DNA of 64,000 nt from Leptolinea sp. UBA5366. Lineage in GTDB: Bacteria; Chloroflexota; Anaerolineae; Anaerolineales; Anaerolineaceae. The notes beneath the pieces were generated by a model. That model did no database searches, was not told the DNA's origin, and saw only the letters and a list, made by a program, of their open reading frames with translations. The DNA lies in assembly GCA_002407845.1 (NCBI GenBank), contig DHPK01000010.1, positions 44,837 through 108,836 on the forward strand. The letters run 5' to 3'. Positions 59,414 to 64,000 of this stretch are shown here, one piece after another; position 1 is the stretch's first letter, and each line of letters opens with the position of its first letter. Both the position numbers and the translations under genes were made by a program.

Positions 59414-60337
59414 ATGAAAGAGAAAGAGAAAGTTGACGTAAAAGTATTAATTATGGGGTCTGGTCCTGCTGGAGTCTCTGCGGCAATTTACACCGCGCGG
59501 GCACGGTTGGAAACAGTTGTGCTGACCGGTCCTTCGTTGGGCGGGCGGATTTCTCTTGCTTCCGCGATTGATAATTATCCCGGCGCACCTGAAAATCCGA
59601 GCGGGAATGACCTGATGGGAAAATTCATCATGCAGGCTGAGCGCTTTGGTGCAACGCTTGATTACGATACAGCAATAAAAGTGAATCTGCAGCAGCGTCC
59701 GTTCATAGTTGAAACAGAAGGAAAAATTTATTCGGCTGAAAACCTGATCATCACCACTGGATCACGCTCCGTCCCGATGTCGGTGCCGGGCGAAAAAGAA
59801 CTGGTCGGGTTTGGCGTTTCATATTGCGCGACCTGCGATGCCTTTTTCTATAAGGACATGCCGGTTGCCGTTATCGGCGGAAACAATGAAGCCGTTGATG
59901 AAGCGTTATTTTTAACAAAATTCGCATCCAAAGTGACCATTATTCACCGGGCTGACAAGCTCCGCGCTGACAAGATCAGACTTGAAAAAGCGGAAGCGAG
60001 CCCCAAAATCGAATACATGATGAACACCTCGGTGCTCGAAGTGCTTGGCAAGGACAAAGTGACGGGGCTGATAGTGAAAGACCTGCAGACCGAAGAAACG
60101 AAAGAACTGCCATTTGACGCGGTGTTCGTATTCATCGGACAGAAGCCAGTTTCTGAACTTTATGAAGGTCAGCTTGAAATGGAAAAAGGGCTGATCAAAG
60201 TGGATGAACGCATGCATACGAACATCCCGGGAGTGTATGCTGCCGGGGAGAGCGTTGACGGGATTTACAAACAGGTGGCGGTTTCGGTCGGTTCAGGCGT
60301 GATGGCAGCCATGTCGCTGAGTAAGGATCTGGCTTGA
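59414..60337 (+). CDS. trxB: Thioredoxin-disulfide reductase family flavoprotein
   Basis: GSGPAG, NYPG and GVSYCATCD; GGAGG RBS before ATG 59414. NADPH-site motifs are divergent. Confidence 0.8.
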   Translation: MKEKEKVDVKVLIMGSGPAGVSAAIYTARARLETVVLTGPSLGGRISLASAIDNYPGAPENPSGNDLMGKFIMQAERFGATLDYDTAIKVNLQQRPFIVETEGKIYSAENLIITTGSRSVPMSVPGEKELVGFGVSYCATCDAFFYKDMPVAVIGGNNEAVDEALFLTKFASKVTIIHRADKLRADKIRLEKAEASPKIEYMMNTSVLEVLGKDKVTGLIVKDLQTEETKELPFDAVFVFIGQKPVSELYEGQLEMEKGLIKVDERMHTNIPGVYAAGESVDGIYKQVAVSVGSGVMAAMSLSKDLA

Positions 60338-61440
60338 TGTCCGCCGCGGCTGCCGTCCAGAAAGAGCGCCTGATTGAGACTTTCATGTCGCTGGTGCGGG
60401 TTGACAGCCCCTCTGGTCAGGAAGCGGCTTTAAGCGATGCGCTGGCTGCCGAATTCAAAGAACTTGGCTGCAGTGTCTATCAGGACGATATTGGGAATTT
60501 GATCGCCACTTTTCCAGGCAGCCGACAGGGAGCTGAGACTGTCATGCTGTGCGCCCACATGGACACAGTTGGAACCGATGTCGATATTCAGCCCATCCGG
60601 CAGGCTGACCGCATTACCTCTGACGGGACGACAATCTTAGGCGCGGATGATAAATCCGGGATCGCGGTCATTCTTGAAATTATCAAAGTTTTTCGGGACA
60701 ATCCTGAGATCGTTCACCCCACAATTGAAGCGGTCATCACTGTGCAGGAAGAAATTGGCGTAGTCGGGTCAACTCATCTGCAGAAGGATCGGCTGAAATC
60801 CTCATGGGGACTGGTGCTTGACGGCGGCGGTCCGATCGGTTCGATCACAGTTTCCGGACCGACTTCCCGAAAATACACTTTTACGGTACATGGTAAAGCA
60901 GCCCATGCGGCGATTGCGCCTGAAGAGGGCGTTAATGCCATCCAGGCGGCAGCTGCGGGGATCGCTGCCTGCCCTTGCGGTAAAGTTGATCCGGAAGTGG
61001 TCAGCGGCATCGGCGTTATCCAGGGCGGCGTTGCGACTAACATCGTGCCGGATCTGGTCACGGTGCAGGCGATGATCCGCAGCCGGAACGATGAAAAGCT
61101 GGAAAGCTGGAGCCAAAAGATGGAAAAGGCTTTTCAGGATGGCTGTGATGCATTCGGCGCGCAGCTCACGATTGAAAAGCATGATTCTTACTTTGGCTAT
61201 CTGCTGGATGAAAGTTCGCTGCCATGGCAGAAATCAAAAGCAGCGGCGCTGCAGTTGGGATTTCCATTCAGCACACACGACTCATTGGGCGGGACGGACT
61301 GCAATAATTTCAACCGTGCCGGCATTCCTAGCTGCGCAGTCTCAACCGGTATGGCGAATGAACACATGAAAAATGAATATATCCTGATTCAGGACCTGGT
61401 CGACTCTGCGCGCTGGGTGATAACTGCGATCACTATTTGA
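60334..61440 (+). CDS. M20 family metallopeptidase (peptidase T-like)
   Basis: AHMDTV, LGADDKSG, QEEIG, GKAAHA, GGTD and H...E motifs. Confidence 0.9.
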   Translation: MMSAAAAVQKERLIETFMSLVRVDSPSGQEAALSDALAAEFKELGCSVYQDDIGNLIATFPGSRQGAETVMLCAHMDTVGTDVDIQPIRQADRITSDGTTILGADDKSGIAVILEIIKVFRDNPEIVHPTIEAVITVQEEIGVVGSTHLQKDRLKSSWGLVLDGGGPIGSITVSGPTSRKYTFTVHGKAAHAAIAPEEGVNAIQAAAAGIAACPCGKVDPEVVSGIGVIQGGVATNIVPDLVTVQAMIRSRNDEKLESWSQKMEKAFQDGCDAFGAQLTIEKHDSYFGYLLDESSLPWQKSKAAALQLGFPFSTHDSLGGTDCNNFNRAGIPSCAVSTGMANEHMKNEYILIQDLVDSARWVITAITI

Positions 61441-61484
61441 AAAGATCTTAAAATCCTTTTGGATTTCAAAGCTGAATCGGTAAA

Positions 61485-61520
61485 AAAACAAGGCTGCCTT
61501 TTTTCGGGCAGCCTTGTTTT
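61485..61520. terminator. Bidirectional intrinsic terminator
   Basis: AAAACAAGGCTGCC...GGCAGCCTTGTTTT between convergent genes. Confidence 0.88.
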
Positions 61521-61524
61521 GTCG

Positions 61525-62511
61525 TTAATTGAGCGTCAGCTTGCGGTGAACCATGTTCTCCGCCCACATTGAGGTGCCGATGACCCCGGCGTTGTTGCCG
61601 AGTTCCGCGGGGACGATCTGGATTTGTTCCATCGGGATCAAAAACACCCGATCCCGAATCGCGCGCCGCATCGGTGTGAAGAGCACTTCCCCTGCCTGAG
61701 CAATTCCCCCGCCAACCACAATCCGTTCGGGTTCAAGATGAACGATCGAATTGCTGATCGCCAGTCCCAGATAATAACCGGCTTTTTCGTAGATATCCTG
61801 CGCGGCAACATCGCCTTTCAGCGCGGCATTAAAGACCACTTCCGGTGTCATCTTGTTGAGATCAAAATCGACCAGCTCTCCCAAAATACTGGTTCCGCCA
61901 TGTGCGATGACTTTTAAGGCGGCGGATCGGATCGCCGGCCCGGAAGCATATTGCTCCAGACAGCCGCGGTTGCCGCAATTGCAGAGCGTGCCGCCCGGTT
62001 CAACTGTCATATGCCCGATTTCACCTGCCTGACCGGAATTCCCGAGCACAAGCTGATTGTTGATCACAACTCCGCCGCCGATGCCGGTGCCGATGGCGTA
62101 CATCACCATCGATTTGCAGCCGCGCCCAGCGCCGAATTTCAACTCGCCCCAAGTGATCGCGCGCACGTCGTTCAAAATGAAGGTCGGGATGCCGACGCGC
62201 TCGGTGATAAATGGTCCAACCGGCACGTTAATCCAATGTCCGGGCAGATTGGTGATGAAAGTCGTGAATCCGCGCTCGACATCCATCATGCCGGGGATGC
62301 CGATGCCGATTCCTTCGATGTCCTCTTTTTTGAAAACTGATTTCGCAATCAGATCTTCAAACAGGTCAATCATCCGCAGCAGCACTTCTTCATGCCCTTC
62401 TCGCGCAAGGGTTGGAACAATTGTCAGGTCGGAAACTTCTCCTGTCTGCGAATTGACAATCGCAGCCCGAAGATTGGTTCCTCCCAGGTCACAGCCGATG
62501 TAATAGCCCAT
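61525..62511 (-). CDS. ROK family sugar kinase (glucokinase/GlcNAc kinase)
   Basis: DLGGT, ND, GTGIGGG and GEIGH...CNCGNRGCLEQYAS; GGAGGGG RBS before ATG 62511. Confidence 0.92.
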   Translation of the reverse strand: MGYYIGCDLGGTNLRAAIVNSQTGEVSDLTIVPTLAREGHEEVLLRMIDLFEDLIAKSVFKKEDIEGIGIGIPGMMDVERGFTTFITNLPGHWINVPVGPFITERVGIPTFILNDVRAITWGELKFGAGRGCKSMVMYAIGTGIGGGVVINNQLVLGNSGQAGEIGHMTVEPGGTLCNCGNRGCLEQYASGPAIRSAALKVIAHGGTSILGELVDFDLNKMTPEVVFNAALKGDVAAQDIYEKAGYYLGLAISNSIVHLEPERIVVGGGIAQAGEVLFTPMRRAIRDRVFLIPMEQIQIVPAELGNNAGVIGTSMWAENMVHRKLTLN

Positions 62512-62536
62512 TTTCCCCTCCGTCCTTGAACAGAGC

Positions 62537-63523
62537 TTAAAGTCCGCCGATCCGGACTTCATTTTCCGGAATGATTGTGTTTCTGACAGCGGTTGTCTGC
62601 AGCATTGCATTCTTACCGATGCTGCAATTTGATATTAGCACAAAAGGTCCGATACTGCTGCCGGTTTGAATCAGGGTTTTGCCTTCGATCCAGCAGTTTG
62701 GATAAATTGTAACGTCGCGTTCAATCTGGACTTCGGGGCTGATGTAAGTCGTTTGGGGATCGATCATTGTGACGCCCCGGCTCATCCACTGCAGATTGAT
62801 GCGCCGGCGGATAACTGCCTCGGCTTCTGAAAGATGAACGCGGGTATTGACGCCCAGCGCTTCTTCAATGTCGGTCAAGATGAGCGCTTGAACGCTGCGG
62901 TTTTCCTGATTGGCAATTTCAACCAGATCAGTCAGATAGTATTCGCCTTTCGGGGATAGCTTGATTTTCGGCAGCGACTCCCAAAGCCAGTCAGCGTCAA
63001 AGCAATAAAGACCGACGTTGCACTCTTTGATCAGCAGCTGTTCTGCCGTCGCCTGTGCTTCTTCAACGATTGCGGCAACACTGCCGTCCGCGTTGCGAAG
63101 GATGCGCCCGAATCCATGCGAATCTTCCTGAATGGTCGTCAGCATGCTGAACGCGCTGGCGTTCTGTTGCTGCAGTTCGCAAATCCGGTGAATTGTATCT
63201 GCCCGCAGACATGGCATGTCCGAATATGCGACCAGAACCAAATTTCCTTTTCCCTGTGCCAGCGCCCGCGCGGCTTCGACTGCGTCAGCCGTTCCCAGCT
63301 GCTGCTGTTGAACGGCAGTCATGGCGCGTTCTGAGACCGCGTCGCGCACTTTGTCAGCGCCGTGCCCGACCACTACAATCGGTTTCTCATCGGTCACATC
63401 AGCCACTGCGTCCAAAACATATTGGATCATGGCTTTTCCCGCGATGGGGTGCAGCACTTTCGGCAGCGCGGACTGCATACGCGTCCCTTGTCCGCCCGCC
63501 AGAATGATTGGAAGGATTGTCAT
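62537..63523 (-). CDS. glmU: GlmU-like N-acetylglucosamine-1-phosphate uridyltransferase with truncated left-handed beta-helix
   Basis: ILAGGQGTRMQSALPKVLH, QLGT, GFGRI, EYYLTD, GVN.R and GVT..DP..TYI; only 328 aa. Confidence 0.82.
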   Translation of the reverse strand: MTILPIILAGGQGTRMQSALPKVLHPIAGKAMIQYVLDAVADVTDEKPIVVVGHGADKVRDAVSERAMTAVQQQQLGTADAVEAARALAQGKGNLVLVAYSDMPCLRADTIHRICELQQQNASAFSMLTTIQEDSHGFGRILRNADGSVAAIVEEAQATAEQLLIKECNVGLYCFDADWLWESLPKIKLSPKGEYYLTDLVEIANQENRSVQALILTDIEEALGVNTRVHLSEAEAVIRRRINLQWMSRGVTMIDPQTTYISPEVQIERDVTIYPNCWIEGKTLIQTGSSIGPFVLISNCSIGKNAMLQTTAVRNTIIPENEVRIGGL

Positions 63524-63533
63524 ACCCTGCTCC

Positions 63534-64000
63534 TTACTTGATCAGATCGATCAGCGAAATCACATCTTTGATAAATTCTACGTCATGAACACGGACGATG
63601 TCAGCCCCTTTGAGCGCAGCAACGGCGACTGCTGCAGCCGTGCCCGCCAGCCGGGAATCGACTTCCCGCTGCAGGTAATGCCCGATGAAAGATTTTCGGC
63701 TGGGACCGACCAAAAGCGGATAACCGAGCAGCTTCAGCTCTTGCTGTCCCTGCAGCAGATCCAAATTCTGCCTCGGGGTGGTGCCAAAACCCAGTCCGGG
63801 ATCCAGGATGATCTGATCCGGCTTCAGCATTTCGGTTTCAGCGTTTGACATCAGGGAAATCAGCTGTTGCATGGCTTGTGGGATGGTCTCAAGCTCGCAT
63901 GAAAGCGGCTGATATCGCATTAAAATGATTTTTGCGTTGTGTTTACGCACGATGCTGCACATATCCGGGTCAGCGATTCCACCGCCGACATCGTTAATCC
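63534..64000 (-). CDS. folP: Dihydropteroate synthase (5' end outside the window)
   Basis: INDV (in frame upstream of the ORF-track start), LDPGLGF, SRKSFIG and RVHDV motifs. Confidence 0.93.
   Translation of the reverse strand, partial: INDVGGGIADPDMCSIVRKHNAKIILMRYQPLSCELETIPQAMQQLISLMSNAETEMLKPDQIILDPGLGFGTTPRQNLDLLQGQQELKLLGYPLLVGPSRKSFIGHYLQREVDSRLAGTAAAVAVAALKGADIVRVHDVEFIKDVISLIDLIK

Overview
Chromosomal segment of a bacterium with mid-range GC, most likely Chloroflexota/Anaerolineae. This is an inference from NBR1-Ig-like lipoproteins with Pro/Thr linkers, a short EF-Ts, an archaeal-type thiolase and a truncated GlmU. Left to right it holds: a partial oligoendopeptidase F; a DUF952-glycerate kinase fusion; a murein-peptide recycling group (serine hydrolase, YkfC-like NlpC/P60, Ala-Glu epimerase); maf-PBP-rsgA; an AT-rich rhuM insert; a holin/phosphodiesterase-FkbH-ACP operon; rpsB-tsf-pyrH with a t44-type leader; a tyrosine phenol-lyase-like gene; a ~20 kb surface-glycan locus (wzm/wzt, rmlCBAD, and an AT-rich block with methyltransferase-GT2, YfhO, GTs, a pyruvyltransferase-FrhB fusion, Wzx, methyltransferase and acyltransferase); yraN-miaA; thiolase; GH13/GH57 glucan enzymes; capA-trxB-peptidase; and folP-glmU-ROK. 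The standout is the unannotated 5' leader of the lyase gene. It has a sigma70-like promoter, an apparently leaderless 24-codon Tyr/Phe-rich uORF (MTNIFTAYAFYYYGNSLRPAGVFA), alternative hairpins and an intrinsic terminator. This looks like a tyrosine-sensing ribosome-mediated attenuator on an enzyme carrying all three TPL specificity residues. I saw no tRNA, rRNA, CRISPR array or transposase. All calls come from reading the sequence by eye; no searches or folding programs were run.
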